Below, piece after piece: positions 19,164-29,485 of a DNA stretch of 64,000 nucleotides. The stretch spans positions 928,292 through 992,291 of the forward strand of contig CAVXZA010000002.1 of the NCBI GenBank assembly GCA_963766335.1, read 5' to 3'. How positions within the stretch are numbered: position 1 is the first letter of the stretch; every line of letters begins with the position of its first letter. Origin of the DNA: an uncultured Clostridia bacterium. GTDB taxonomy: Bacteria; Bacillota; Clostridia; DUPQ01. The position numbers and the translations under genes are program-made. The notes below the pieces were generated by a model that did not search any database, had not been told where the DNA came from, and saw nothing but the letters and a program-made list of their open reading frames with translations.

Positions 19164-20435
19164 ATGTTCAGAAAACTTCTTCCTTACTTTATTATTCTTC
19201 TACTCTTTACAATAATCATTTCGTTCCCTGCAAAGGCTGAGTCAGTATTCACCGATGTTGATGAGGAGTCATGGTACAGTATATATATCAATGACCTTGT
19301 TGAAATGGGTGTTATAAACGGATTTCCTGATGGCACATTCCGCCCTGATGAAACATTGAATGCAGAGCAGTTTATTAAGATGACGGTAACGGCGCTGGGA
19401 CTTAACCCGGGAAATGGAACTATTTACTGGGCTTCAACGTATATTGAATATGCGAGACAGAGCGGACTGCTTGAAAACAGTGAAATAGAAGATTTCAAAA
19501 AACCCTTGCCAAGAGGGGAAATTGTATGTATAATATCCAAGGCTTTGGACTTTCTAAATGAAAATATAGAGATAAAAGCCTGTGGATTGTATGATCTTTA
19601 CGGTTATACACCGGAGAGTTATGTGCCCTATGTTTTAAAAACATACAATGCGGGTATAATAACTGGGTATCAGGACAATACGTTCAGATACGAAAAATAT
19701 ATAAACCGCGCCGAAGCATGTGCGGTAATACACAAATTAGTTACCCCCATTACCAGACGGGAACGCCAAATCACATCTCTTACCCCAGTTCCCGTCTGTT
19801 ATTCTTATATAAAAGAAGATTTCACAACAGCCATTAATGAATATAAAGGAAACAAAGGCTGTTTTGTTACGGAAAAAAATATATCATTCAATGGATATTC
19901 ACTGCAGGCTGACTTTAATTCTGATATTTACAAAAACATTATTGATTCAATGAAACTTCTGTATGATTACAGTTCATTTCCTGTATTTGAATTTACTCCA
20001 TTAGCTCAAAATAACGTCATATCAATGAACTGCTATGAAAATGAAAATCTCAGCAGTAATCCGGAATACGCATTTTTTGTATTTAAATACTATGATGGGC
20101 CTACAGGATATCCGGAGTTTAAATGGGGATACGACACCATGTTCATGAAACTGGAATTAAACCGTCTCAGTGCTGATGGATTGCTTAATAAAGAGACAGG
20201 TATGCCTGATAAGTATTATGAATATAAAATCCGCTCACTTATGAGGCTTATTTTCGGGATTGATAAGGGAGATGTCTTTTCGCAATTTATTTTAGATAAA
20301 TATATTGAATACTCGAATTATAAAGCAGGGGAAATACCTTCGGCTAACGTATTGCTAAATTATGGCGGAACAAAAATGGTATTTTTCTGCGAAGGAGACA
20401 GCAGGCAGCTGTGTTTTACATTTTCGGAGGACTAA
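19164..20435 (+). CDS. SLH-domain cell-surface protein
   Basis: It has a signal peptide, then SLH repeats (FTDVDEESWYSIYINDLVEMGVINGFPDGTFRPDETLNAEQF and AGIITGYQDNTFRYEKYINRAEA). AGGAG serves as the RBS. Confidence 0.75.
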   Translation: MFRKLLPYFIILLLFTIIISFPAKAESVFTDVDEESWYSIYINDLVEMGVINGFPDGTFRPDETLNAEQFIKMTVTALGLNPGNGTIYWASTYIEYARQSGLLENSEIEDFKKPLPRGEIVCIISKALDFLNENIEIKACGLYDLYGYTPESYVPYVLKTYNAGIITGYQDNTFRYEKYINRAEACAVIHKLVTPITRRERQITSLTPVPVCYSYIKEDFTTAINEYKGNKGCFVTEKNISFNGYSLQADFNSDIYKNIIDSMKLLYDYSSFPVFEFTPLAQNNVISMNCYENENLSSNPEYAFFVFKYYDGPTGYPEFKWGYDTMFMKLELNRLSADGLLNKETGMPDKYYEYKIRSLMRLIFGIDKGDVFSQFILDKYIEYSNYKAGEIPSANVLLNYGGTKMVFFCEGDSRQLCFTFSED

Positions 20436-20438
20436 GTT

Positions 20439-21965
20439 ATGAAAGCAACCAGGGTAATCTCTATTTTGGCAGCGATATGTTTTCTATTATCCATATTCTG
20501 CATAGGCAAAGCCATGGGCGGAACTATCAGCAGTGCTGAATTTTTTTCCTGGCTTAGTGATTCGGGCATACCTGAATACAGCATCAGCGGGTCATATAGG
20601 GCTAACTACAGTACATTCGCTAGGTATAATCTGGTGGTTTATGGTATTACAGGAGATGTGCCGGGCAATGAAATCAGGCAAGGTGAATACAGGTATCTGG
20701 GATTCACATATTTGGAGGGAAAATATACAAATCTTGATTTTCCCAATGACGAAACCGGAAACCTGCCTCCTGAAAAATGGGACTATATAACCGTACCGGG
20801 TGCTGCTGAAAGTTGGGATTCACTGGAGCAGATAGTTCAAAGGCCATATATGCTTAATACATCCCTCAAGGGCCATGGGGCGGCTGCCCTAACCGCTGCT
20901 GATATCGGAACATCAAAGGCAAAGGTACAGTCAGCAGCATCGTGGAACAGCTCAGGAAGCATATACACATACAAGTCAAATGGGTTCTATGCTACATTTA
21001 CAGTATCGTCGATGGGGCCCGGCATCCTTAATGCAGCCATTTTTCCAGAAGACAGTACTGTATATGTAAATGATACTGCTGATTCATTTGCTAACAGAGT
21101 AAATCTGGTTGCATCTGTTAATAAACCCGAAAAAGAAATTAAAAATATAAAAGCAGTATTCAGCTGCGGGGATTGGCGCAAAGTGAGGTATTACTATGAT
21201 ACGAACAGTATTGACATAATGATTGATGCATTTTTAGATATCCCTGCGAATTTGCCTGGAAGTGTGACTGTTAATGCACAGGTTACGGCCGAAAGTATTT
21301 TCGGTGATAAACTTGAAAAGAACATCAGTTGCCGTGTGACTGTGCTGGAAAACGCGGGGATTAGCACTCCGGCACCGACGCCGCATCCTGTTAACCCACC
21401 TGCACCGGCTCCTGTTCCGACACCGGTGCCAACAGTTCCGCCCGGGGGAAGCGGCCAGGTTCCCGGAGGCGTAGATGATAATCAGGGTAATGATGATCGG
21501 TTGAGAATAATCAGCCTTGATATATCAGGAAGCTGGAATTACTGGGAAAAACAACCCCATAGGTTTATTGCGTTGGAAAAGATTACAGTTACTGCTGAAG
21601 TTGAGGGACCGGCTGAAAGGGCTTTAATAAGATTGTCCCCACAGCTTGAAGCAATGACTTATACCAATTCTCTCGGGCATATTTATAATTATGCTAATGA
21701 TTTCTTCGGTTATACAGTTGAGTTTCCAAGAGACTCAAAACTATATCCGGAATCTATAAGAAATGATGTGACTGTATTCAGATGGGAATACTCTATACCA
21801 TTATGTGATGAAACCATTGCCTGGGATGGGCACAGGATTTCCGAACCGTATAAAATCCTGTTCAGGGTTTTTGACCAGTCAAATAATCACAAAACAGTTA
21901 CTATTGATAATATTGATATTACAGGGAATATATACGAACTTCTTTATCCGCAGCCTGCGGAATGA
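20439..21965 (+). CDS. secreted protein of unknown function with a Pro-rich linker
   Basis: It has a signal peptide (ILAAICFLLSIFCIGKAMG), a linker (PAPTPHPVNPPAPAPVPTPVPTVPPGG) and a GGAGGA RBS. I recognised no catalytic motif. Confidence 0.6.
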   Translation: MKATRVISILAAICFLLSIFCIGKAMGGTISSAEFFSWLSDSGIPEYSISGSYRANYSTFARYNLVVYGITGDVPGNEIRQGEYRYLGFTYLEGKYTNLDFPNDETGNLPPEKWDYITVPGAAESWDSLEQIVQRPYMLNTSLKGHGAAALTAADIGTSKAKVQSAASWNSSGSIYTYKSNGFYATFTVSSMGPGILNAAIFPEDSTVYVNDTADSFANRVNLVASVNKPEKEIKNIKAVFSCGDWRKVRYYYDTNSIDIMIDAFLDIPANLPGSVTVNAQVTAESIFGDKLEKNISCRVTVLENAGISTPAPTPHPVNPPAPAPVPTPVPTVPPGGSGQVPGGVDDNQGNDDRLRIISLDISGSWNYWEKQPHRFIALEKITVTAEVEGPAERALIRLSPQLEAMTYTNSLGHIYNYANDFFGYTVEFPRDSKLYPESIRNDVTVFRWEYSIPLCDETIAWDGHRISEPYKILFRVFDQSNNHKTVTIDNIDITGNIYELLYPQPAE

Positions 21966-22064
21966 ATTGATAATCAGCCGTTAGAGTAGAGAATTTACTA
22001 AAGCCGGGACGTTAACGAGAGAATACAAAGCCATAGTTGAATATCAGCCATGCTGATATTCCCC

Positions 22065-22093
22065 AAAAAAGACCGCCTTTTTGGCGGTCTTTC
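22065..22093. terminator. bidirectional terminator between convergent genes
   Basis: AAAAAAGACCGCC-ttttt-GGCGGTCTTT. Confidence 0.8.
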
Positions 22094-22108
22094 AGCTGTA
22101 ATTTGTGT

Positions 22109-23599
22109 TTAAAAATTAGTTCCAAAGGGATTTTCTGTCTTATATAGAAAGTTCTTCGGGCGGTTGAAATCAATTTCCTTAACACCAAGCATTTTTAGTG
22201 CTTCATAAATAATCCGGCCTTTATGTGCAAAACCTATTCCTGCATGGTGCGGATACCGTTTTTGTATTAGGACATGTCTGTAGAAACGGGCCATCTCGTT
22301 TATTCCTATGACGCCGATTCCACCGAATGACCTTGGATTAACGTCAAGGACTTCGCCTTCCGCTACATAACTTCTCAGCTTACAGTCGGCTGTACTTTGG
22401 AGCCTGAACATGGTGATTGGATTAGGAGCGATCTGACCTTCTAGAGTTCCCCGTGAAATATTTGGTTCAGAATCAGGTTCAAGCAGCCTATGCATTATAA
22501 GCTGGTATTTCATCTCGGGATCTTTCATAAGGCATGACGGTGTATTCCCGCAGTGGAAACCCATGAAAACATCAGTTTCAGAGTATGGGAAATCATCTTT
22601 GATATGTGCATCATACATATCTTTTGGAACAGTGTTGTTAATGTCCAGGAGGGTTGAAGGACGCATTGTGGCTAACGTCAGCATATATTCGCTGAGTGCT
22701 CCGTAAATGTCGGCTTCGCAGGATATAGGGATTCCCCTTGTTGAAAATCGTGAATTAACGTAACACGGAACAAATCCGAACTGTGTCTGGAATGCAGGCC
22801 AACACTTGTTTGCGAAAACAACATTTTCAGAAGCGCCGATGTTGTCATTCATCCAGTCATCAAGAGCAAGTTCGTACTGCGCCAGTTTTACTAAAAAGTC
22901 AGGATAGTTATTGCCGTGGCCTAGTTCCTTTGCCATGTCGGCGGCAACTTCCGGTATGCGGGAATCTCCCGCGTGATTGTTATATGCTTCAAATAGGTCA
23001 AGCTCCGAATTTTCCTGTATTTCCACTCCCAGGTCATAAAGAGGTTTAATGGGTGCATTGCATGCAAGAAAATCATGGGGACGCGGGCCGAAGGACATTA
23101 TTTTTAGTCCTTTGACACCTGCAACTACCCTGGATATTTCAATGAAGTCATATATCATATGTGCAACTTCAATAGCAGTTCCCACCGGGTATTCGGGGAT
23201 ATAGGGTGTTAGATTACGAAGACCTATATTATATGATGCGTTTAGCATTCCGCAGTAAGCATCACCGCGGCCATTTATAAGGTCTTCACCTGTTTCTTCA
23301 GCAGCAGCAGCGAACATAACTGGCCCGTTGAATTTTTGTGCAAGCAGCGTCTCGGGTCCTTCGGGACCGAAGTTGCCAAGAAAAATGCAAAGCGCATTTG
23401 CTCCCGAAGTTTCAATTTCACCAAGAGCCATAATGACATCATTTTCATTCTCTATAGTTGTGTCTATTTCTACTACGGGCATTTCCATTTTATCAACGAA
23501 TTTCATTAATTCCCGTCTTCTTTTCTGTGATAATTCAATAGGGAAACAATCCCTGCTGACAGCTACAAGTGCAACTTTGATATGTGGTATATTTTTCAT
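22109..23599 (-). CDS. L-fucose/L-arabinose isomerase family protein (non-FucI type)
   Basis: This 496-aa protein starts IKVALVAVSRDCFP...ANALCIFLGNFGPEG, which is typical of the family. AGGAGG serves as the RBS. Confidence 0.65.
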   Translation of the reverse strand: MKNIPHIKVALVAVSRDCFPIELSQKRRRELMKFVDKMEMPVVEIDTTIENENDVIMALGEIETSGANALCIFLGNFGPEGPETLLAQKFNGPVMFAAAAEETGEDLINGRGDAYCGMLNASYNIGLRNLTPYIPEYPVGTAIEVAHMIYDFIEISRVVAGVKGLKIMSFGPRPHDFLACNAPIKPLYDLGVEIQENSELDLFEAYNNHAGDSRIPEVAADMAKELGHGNNYPDFLVKLAQYELALDDWMNDNIGASENVVFANKCWPAFQTQFGFVPCYVNSRFSTRGIPISCEADIYGALSEYMLTLATMRPSTLLDINNTVPKDMYDAHIKDDFPYSETDVFMGFHCGNTPSCLMKDPEMKYQLIMHRLLEPDSEPNISRGTLEGQIAPNPITMFRLQSTADCKLRSYVAEGEVLDVNPRSFGGIGVIGINEMARFYRHVLIQKRYPHHAGIGFAHKGRIIYEALKMLGVKEIDFNRPKNFLYKTENPFGTNF

Positions 23600-23659
23600 A
23601 TTAAGAACCTCCTGTGTTTATGTGAAATTATATCATATAAAAATTTCTGTTATAGTTGT

Positions 23660-24733
23660 TTAATTATTTGATTCAAGTTTGATAACCTTGTGTGAAGCTG
23701 CTTTCAGCAGCCTGTTCATAATTGCGTCGCCCATGGGACCCGACCCGAAATATTCTGAGTAGATGATCTCTACGTCAAGCTTGTCGAACATGCGAAGCGA
23801 ATCAAATATATTAGCCGCGATTTCGTCAGAGTTCTCGCGGCTGCCGATACAGATTTTATTAAAGCTCGTATAATTTTCAATTGTTTCAATGGAACAAAGC
23901 ACACCGGTCCGTGGATTTATTTTTGTCAAGCTATTGATTTTATTAATGGTATCTGAAACAGACCCTTTCACTATTATAACCTGAGCTTCAGGTGAGTAAT
24001 GCTTATATTTCATACCGGGCGACCTGGGGGCATCTGTTTCGGAGATGGAATAATCCTTGACGAGGTTAGGTATGACCATTCGGATTTTATCAAATGGAAT
24101 TCCGCCGGGTCTTAGCACTGCGGGTGGCGAGGACACCATATCAACAACAGTCGATTCCAGTCCGACCCTGCACTTACCGGCATCAATAATGGCGTCAACC
24201 TTGCCGAAAAGGTCCTCTACGACATGGGAGCCTTCAGTAGTGCTGGGTTTGCCGGAAAGATTTGCACTTGGCGCTGCAATAGGAACCCCTGACATAGAAA
24301 TCAGCTTGTGGGCAATTTTATTTGAAGGAATTCTGAAAGCTACTGTATCAAGGCCGCCCGTAACTGCGTCGGGCACCGTTTCTTTCCTCGGAAGTATGAT
24401 CGAAAGCGGACCAGGCCAGAATATTTTGGCAAGCATACGGGCTTTCTCATTAAAATCTACGGCATATTTTTCGATATCGTCAGTCTTTGATATGTGAAGT
24501 ATAAGGGGATTGTCGCCGGGGCGCCCTTTTGCAATGAATATTTTTTTTACCGCTTCAGCATCAAGGGCATTTGCACCAAGCCCGTAAACTGTTTCAGTTG
24601 GAAACGCGACTGTGCCTCCGTGCCTTATTATATCAGCACATTTCCTGATGATATTAATATCTATATTATCCGGATCTATTTTATATATCTTAGTTTCCAT
24701 ATCAAACAAATCAAAGCCCTGACGTTGGATCAT
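23660..24733 (-). CDS. tsaC: L-threonylcarbamoyladenylate synthase (Sua5/YwlC type)
   Basis: FPTETVYGLGANALDAEAVKKIFIAKGRPGDNPLILHI is followed by a C-terminal Sua5 domain. The start may instead be the ATG at 24700. Confidence 0.85.
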   Translation of the reverse strand: MIQRQGFDLFDMETKIYKIDPDNIDINIIRKCADIIRHGGTVAFPTETVYGLGANALDAEAVKKIFIAKGRPGDNPLILHISKTDDIEKYAVDFNEKARMLAKIFWPGPLSIILPRKETVPDAVTGGLDTVAFRIPSNKIAHKLISMSGVPIAAPSANLSGKPSTTEGSHVVEDLFGKVDAIIDAGKCRVGLESTVVDMVSSPPAVLRPGGIPFDKIRMVIPNLVKDYSISETDAPRSPGMKYKHYSPEAQVIIVKGSVSDTINKINSLTKINPRTGVLCSIETIENYTSFNKICIGSRENSDEIAANIFDSLRMFDKLDVEIIYSEYFGSGPMGDAIMNRLLKAASHKVIKLESNN

Positions 24734-24785
24734 CTGTGCGAAAATCGAAGAGCTGTCCCCGGTATCATCATCGAAGTCCGGATTA

Positions 24786-25853
24786 TTATTCTGTATGAGA
24801 CAGGCGTTTGCTCTGATCGTCGGTAATAAGGCCGTCTATCAATTCATCAATTTCGCCGTTCATTATTGCCTCGATTTTATATAAGGTGAGGTTTATCCTG
24901 TGATCCGTTACACGCCCCTGAGGGAAATTATATGTGCGGATTCTCTCGCTTCTGTCGCCTGTGCCGACCTGGCTTTTTCGGTTCTGCGCAATTTCCTTGT
25001 TTTGTTCAATCTGTGCCTGGTCATAAAGTTTTGCTCTTAAAAGTTTAAAAGCCTTGTCCTTATTCTTATGCTGGCTGCGTTCATCCTGGCATGTAATGAC
25101 TATTCCGGAAGGGACATGAGTAAGCCTTATTGCGGAGTCAGTCTTGTTAACGTGCTGCCCGCCTGCGCCCGAAGACCTGTAAGTATCGATTTCCACATCA
25201 TTGGGATTGATTTCAACATCCACTTCATCTGCTTCAGGCAGTACCGCAACAGTAACAGTTGAAGTATGTATCCTTCCACTGGATTCGGTTTCCGGAACCC
25301 TTTGTACGCGGTGAACGCCGCTTTCATATTTTAGCCTGCTGTAGGCTCCCTCGGCATCAATTGAGAATACAATTTCCTTGATTCCCCCGATGCCGGTGAC
25401 GTTTGAGTCAAGGATTTCACTTGACCAACCCCTGGTCTCTGCATACATTGTATACATTCTGAATAGATTCGCTGCAAAAAGTGCTGCTTCTTCGCCACCT
25501 GCGCCGCCCCGTATTTCAATGAGAACGCTTTTATTGTCATTGGGGTCCTTTGGAAGAAGGAGCACTTTTAATTGTTCTTCTATAATAGGCATTGATTCAC
25601 GGCAATCCTTGAGTTCCTCATCATACATATCGCGGAAATCAGAGTCCAGATTACCCGACAGCATCTCGAGTGCTTCTGACATTTTATTTTTTACAGCAAC
25701 ATATTCCCTGTACTTTTCAACTATGGGTTTAAGGTCATTTATTTCCTTCATTAGCTCTCTGTAAAGGTCCTGATTGGAAATAACCGTCGGATTGGCAAGC
25801 TGCCTGCTGATTTCATCATACCTTTTTTCTATTGATTCAAGTTTGTCAAACAT
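24786..25853 (-). CDS. prfA: peptide chain release factor 1
   Basis: It begins [19 protein letters not shown] and carries the GGQ motif ([20 protein letters not shown]). AGAGGA serves as the RBS. The ORF-track N-terminal extension to 25952 is unlikely. Confidence 0.9.
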   Translation of the reverse strand: MFDKLESIEKRYDEISRQLANPTVISNQDLYRELMKEINDLKPIVEKYREYVAVKNKMSEALEMLSGNLDSDFRDMYDEELKDCRESMPIIEEQLKVLLLPKDPNDNKSVLIEIRGGAGGEEAALFAANLFRMYTMYAETRGWSSEILDSNVTGIGGIKEIVFSIDAEGAYSRLKYESGVHRVQRVPETESSGRIHTSTVTVAVLPEADEVDVEINPNDVEIDTYRSSGAGGQHVNKTDSAIRLTHVPSGIVITCQDERSQHKNKDKAFKLLRAKLYDQAQIEQNKEIAQNRKSQVGTGDRSERIRTYNFPQGRVTDHRINLTLYKIEAIMNGEIDELIDGLITDDQSKRLSHTE

Positions 25854-26142
25854 ATAATCCTCTGTTTTTGATTTCATTGGTAGAATCGGACCGTGCGTTT
25901 CAATGGCCGCACAACCATACAATATTATGTCATACATGCATGACATCTGCAACTTTCAGTGGTTTTGCCCTATAAAGAGTTTTTTAAAATTATTGTGGTC
26001 AAAAATTTGATATTTTAGGCGAATTTTGCAAATTGAAATAGGTTTGAAACTAAATTGCCGGATGCTTTTCTGACATGTTGGAGATAAAATGTAATATATA
26101 TTTTACATAACAAGATTTTAATATCAATTTAATATTACCTTA

Positions 26143-26189
26143 ATACAATACTTAGTATTAAATTATCAAAAAACCACAATATCTTGTTG
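26143..26189. promoter_or_regulatory. pair of NrdR boxes
   Basis: ATACAATACTTAGTAT (26143-26158) and CCACAATATCTTGTTG (26174-26189) each match the acaCwAtATaTwGtgt consensus at 12 of 16 positions. Their centres are 31 bp apart, and TATAAT follows at 26211-26216. Confidence 0.6.
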
Positions 26190-26276
26190 ATTTTTACTTT
26201 TCAACGTGGTTATAATGAATATAGCGATTCAAGTCATGACAACAAAATATTTTACGAAAGGATAAAGTCATATACC

Positions 26277-28367
26277 ATGAAAAAAATACAAAAGAGAGAT
26301 GGAAGGATTGAGCGGTTTTACAAAGAAAAAATAACTTGGGCGATTTTCAAAGCTGCACAGGCCTGTGGCGGAGATGACTTCAAAAAATCGGAGGAACTGG
26401 CGGTCCAGGTAGTAGAAGCAGCCACATTCAGATACAAAGACCAGGTTCCCAGTGTCGAGCAAATCCAGGACATAGTTGAAAAAGTATTAATTGAAAATGG
26501 TCACGCTAAAACAGCGAAGGCTTATATCCTGTACCGTGAAAAAAGAAGCGGCGCAAGGCAGATGAACGCCCTGATTGGCGCTACAATCGACATGTTCGGT
26601 GATTATCTTGGGGAAAAAGACTGGCATGTAAAAGAAAATGCTAATACTCAAAAGAGTGTTAACGGACTAAATAACTATGTCCGTGAGGTTTTTACAAAAA
26701 GCTATTGGCTGCATGAAGTATATCCGGAAGAAGTCAGGTCAGCCCATCTTGAAGGCGACTGCCATATACATGACCTTGGATTTTTCGGCCCGTATTGCGC
26801 CGGATGGGACCTGCGTCAACTTCTGACAATGGGATTCGGCGGTGTTTATGGGAAAGTGGAAAGTAGCCCGGCCAAACATCTGAGGGCATTCCTGGGGCAG
26901 ATTGTTAACTCAACATTTACGACCCAGGGTGAGACAGCAGGTGCACAGGCATGGTCCAGCTTCGACACATATTGCGCGCCATTTATAAAATATGATAATT
27001 TAGACTATAAAAAGGTAAAACAGGCATTGCAGGAGTTCATTTTCAATATAAATGTACCTACAAGGGTTGGGTTTCAATGCCCGTTCTCAAATCTGACATT
27101 TGATATTACAGTTCCTTCAACACTCAGGGACCAGCCGATTATAATCGGAGGCGAGTACAAAGAAGAAACCTACGGCGAATTCCAGGAAGAAATGGATATT
27201 TTCAACAAAGCATTTTGTGAAATAATGCTCGAAGGCGACGCAAAAGGCAGAGTTTTCACCTTTCCGATTCCAACATTGAATATTACCAATGAATTCGAGT
27301 GGGATAATGAAGTAGTCAATGAATTTATGAAAATCACATGCAAATATGGAATACCATATTTCGCAAACTATATAAATTCCGATTTATCGCCTGAAGACGC
27401 TGTTTCAATGTGCTGCAGGCTGAGACTCGACACCAAGGAACTGAGAAAAAGAGGCGGCGGACTTTTCGGAAGCAACCCGTTGACCGGTTCTGTTGGCGTG
27501 TGTACAATCAACCTCCCGAGACTCGGATATATATCCGAAACCAAGAATGAATTCAAGGCGCGTTTGTGGAAATTGGCACAGACATGTAAAACAAGCCTTG
27601 AAATAAAAAGGAAAATCATTGAAAATCAGACGGAACAGGGTTTGTATCCATATTCTGCGAATTATCTAAAAGAGGCAAAAGAACGTACCGGCGAATATTG
27701 GTTCAACCACTTCAGCACAATTGGCATAGTAGGAATGAATGAAGCTCTTTTAAATTTTATTGGTAAAGATATCACTTCAGATGAAGGACAGCAATTCTCA
27801 ATTGACATAATGGAATACATGCGCGAACTCCTTAAGGATTTCCAGATGGAGACCGGACATGTTTACAACCTGGAAGCAACACCGGCTGAAGGAACATCAT
27901 ACAGGCTTGCCAAAGCTGATAAGGAAAAATTTCCCGATATCATCTGTGCAGGCACGAACGTTCCTTATTACACCAACTCAACACAGGTTCCTGTGGAGTA
28001 TTCAGATGATATTTTTGAGGTTCTTGAAAAGCAGGATCTTCTGCAGTCGCTATACACCGGCGGAACAGTACTTCACCTGTATCTTGGCGAAAGCATTGAA
28101 GATATCGAAACAACAAAGAGCTTGATTAAAACCATATTTACAAAATATAAACTGCCGTATATATCAATTACTCCCACATTCAGCATTTGCAATGACCATG
28201 GATATATAAAGGGCGAACATTTTGCGTGCCCTGAGTGCGGTATAGATACAGAAGTTTGGTCAAGGGTTACAGGATACCTTAGACCGGTTGAAAACTATAA
28301 CAAGGGTAAGAAGGAAGAATATTTTGACAGAAAGAAATTCGTCCTTCAGGCTGAACAGATATCATGA
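26277..28367 (+). CDS. nrdD: anaerobic ribonucleoside-triphosphate reductase (class III)
   Basis: It has an N-terminal ATP-cone (IQKRDGRIERF), a C-terminal zinc site (CPECG) and the glycyl-radical motif RVTGYLR. The upstream ORF extension to 26184 is unlikely. Confidence 0.9.
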   Translation: MKKIQKRDGRIERFYKEKITWAIFKAAQACGGDDFKKSEELAVQVVEAATFRYKDQVPSVEQIQDIVEKVLIENGHAKTAKAYILYREKRSGARQMNALIGATIDMFGDYLGEKDWHVKENANTQKSVNGLNNYVREVFTKSYWLHEVYPEEVRSAHLEGDCHIHDLGFFGPYCAGWDLRQLLTMGFGGVYGKVESSPAKHLRAFLGQIVNSTFTTQGETAGAQAWSSFDTYCAPFIKYDNLDYKKVKQALQEFIFNINVPTRVGFQCPFSNLTFDITVPSTLRDQPIIIGGEYKEETYGEFQEEMDIFNKAFCEIMLEGDAKGRVFTFPIPTLNITNEFEWDNEVVNEFMKITCKYGIPYFANYINSDLSPEDAVSMCCRLRLDTKELRKRGGGLFGSNPLTGSVGVCTINLPRLGYISETKNEFKARLWKLAQTCKTSLEIKRKIIENQTEQGLYPYSANYLKEAKERTGEYWFNHFSTIGIVGMNEALLNFIGKDITSDEGQQFSIDIMEYMRELLKDFQMETGHVYNLEATPAEGTSYRLAKADKEKFPDIICAGTNVPYYTNSTQVPVEYSDDIFEVLEKQDLLQSLYTGGTVLHLYLGESIEDIETTKSLIKTIFTKYKLPYISITPTFSICNDHGYIKGEHFACPECGIDTEVWSRVTGYLRPVENYNKGKKEEYFDRKKFVLQAEQIS

Positions 28368-29080
28368 TCATAGCGGGTCTTCAGAAGAACTCACTAGTTG
28401 ATTACAGGGGCAAGGTGGCTGCAGTCGTCTTTGCCCCTTTTTGCAACTTCAATTGCTATTACTGCCATAATAGGATGCTGCTTGAAAAACGGCCTGAAAG
28501 AATACAATATACAACGATAGACAATGATGAGTTCTTTGCATTCCTAGATAAAAGAGTGGGGCTTATCCAGGGGGTCGTTATTACCGGAGGAGAACCGACA
28601 CTGCAGAAAGACCTGTCGGATTTCATACGTAAAATTACTAAAAAAGGATTCCCTGTAAAACTGGATACCAACGGCGGACGGCCGGATGTTCTGTCGAATT
28701 TACTTGATGAGGGTTTACTTGATTCTATTGCAATGGATATAAAAGCACCATTCAACCGCTATGACCAAGTATGCGGTGTTGCGGTTAATCTTGAGAACAT
28801 TGAGAAAAGTATTAAATTAATTATGGACAGCGGACTTGATTATGAATTTCGCACAACCGTTACTCCTGATTTTGAACTTGATGATTTCAAGGGCATAATG
28901 GAATTAATTGACGGATGCAAACGATTTGTGCTTCAGCAATTCAGAAAGCCAGAAAACCTCGGTGAATTTGTTGATATCAGAAATGCTAAAAAACCCCATT
29001 CCAAAGTCTTTTTTGATCAAGCTGTTGAAATTTGCCGTGCCCATTCCGATGTAGTTCTCAAACGCGGCATAATTCTCTAA
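28364..29080 (+). CDS. nrdG: anaerobic ribonucleotide reductase activating protein (radical SAM)
   Basis: It has the CNFNCYYCHN cluster motif and GGEPT. Its start overlaps the nrdD stop by 4 nt. Confidence 0.85.
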   Translation: MIIAGLQKNSLVDYRGKVAAVVFAPFCNFNCYYCHNRMLLEKRPERIQYTTIDNDEFFAFLDKRVGLIQGVVITGGEPTLQKDLSDFIRKITKKGFPVKLDTNGGRPDVLSNLLDEGLLDSIAMDIKAPFNRYDQVCGVAVNLENIEKSIKLIMDSGLDYEFRTTVTPDFELDDFKGIMELIDGCKRFVLQQFRKPENLGEFVDIRNAKKPHSKVFFDQAVEICRAHSDVVLKRGIIL

Positions 29081-29127
29081 TCTGATTAATCAAAAATCAA
29101 ATCATACCGGGCTGACCCGGAGATGAT

Positions 29128-29158
29128 TTGACCATAACATATACTGTTGTGGTATAAT
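29128..29158 (+). promoter_or_regulatory. promoter candidate for SRP RNA
   Basis: TTGACC (29128-29133) is followed by an extended -10 element, TGgTATAAT (29150-29158). The spacer is 19 nt, which is long. Confidence 0.45.
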
Positions 29159-29160
29159 GT

Positions 29161-29437
29161 TCTTCGCCGCGCTAGACGGGGAATTAGCGGTGCCCTGTAA
29201 CCTGCAACCCGCTCAAGCAGGGTTTAATTCCCGCCGGAGGGTACATGCGGTAGAGCAGCCCGGCATAAGTGGTGTTGAAGATTTGGTCTTGCGCAATGGA
29301 CGACCGTGAATCCCGTCAGGTCCGGAAGGAAGCAGCGGTAAGCGGAACTGCCCATGTGCCGCAGGTTCACCTGGTCCGAGCCGGCTGTGCCGAAAGCGTC
29401 TGTTGTATGTATTCGAAGGCGGGTGCGCGGTTTTTTT
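29161..29437 (+). ncRNA. ffs: signal recognition particle RNA, large Bacillus type (scRNA)
   Basis: It contains the conserved domain-IV sequence GTCAGGTCCGGAAGGAAGCAGCGGTAAG. The 5' end TCTTCGCCGCGC..., the roughly 275-nt length and the terminal T-run fit the large type. It sits in the classic position upstream of dnaX-ybaB-recR. The end coordinates are approximate. Confidence 0.85.
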
Positions 29438-29485
29438 ATTGTCCCTTATTTGATATAATCAATATAAGAACCGACAGGGGGGATT

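Noticed and set aside
21361-21470. A Pro/Ala/Thr/Val-rich DNA stretch as a possible nucleotide-level repeat or hypervariable region
   Set aside because: The repeats are degenerate at the DNA level. The stretch is adequately explained as an inter-domain PxP linker in the 20439-21965 protein.
25953-26276. A cobalamin or other riboswitch in the long nrdD leader
   Set aside because: The region is very AT-rich with no conserved B12-box-like core or extended pairing that I can recognise. The NrdR boxes explain the regulatory content.
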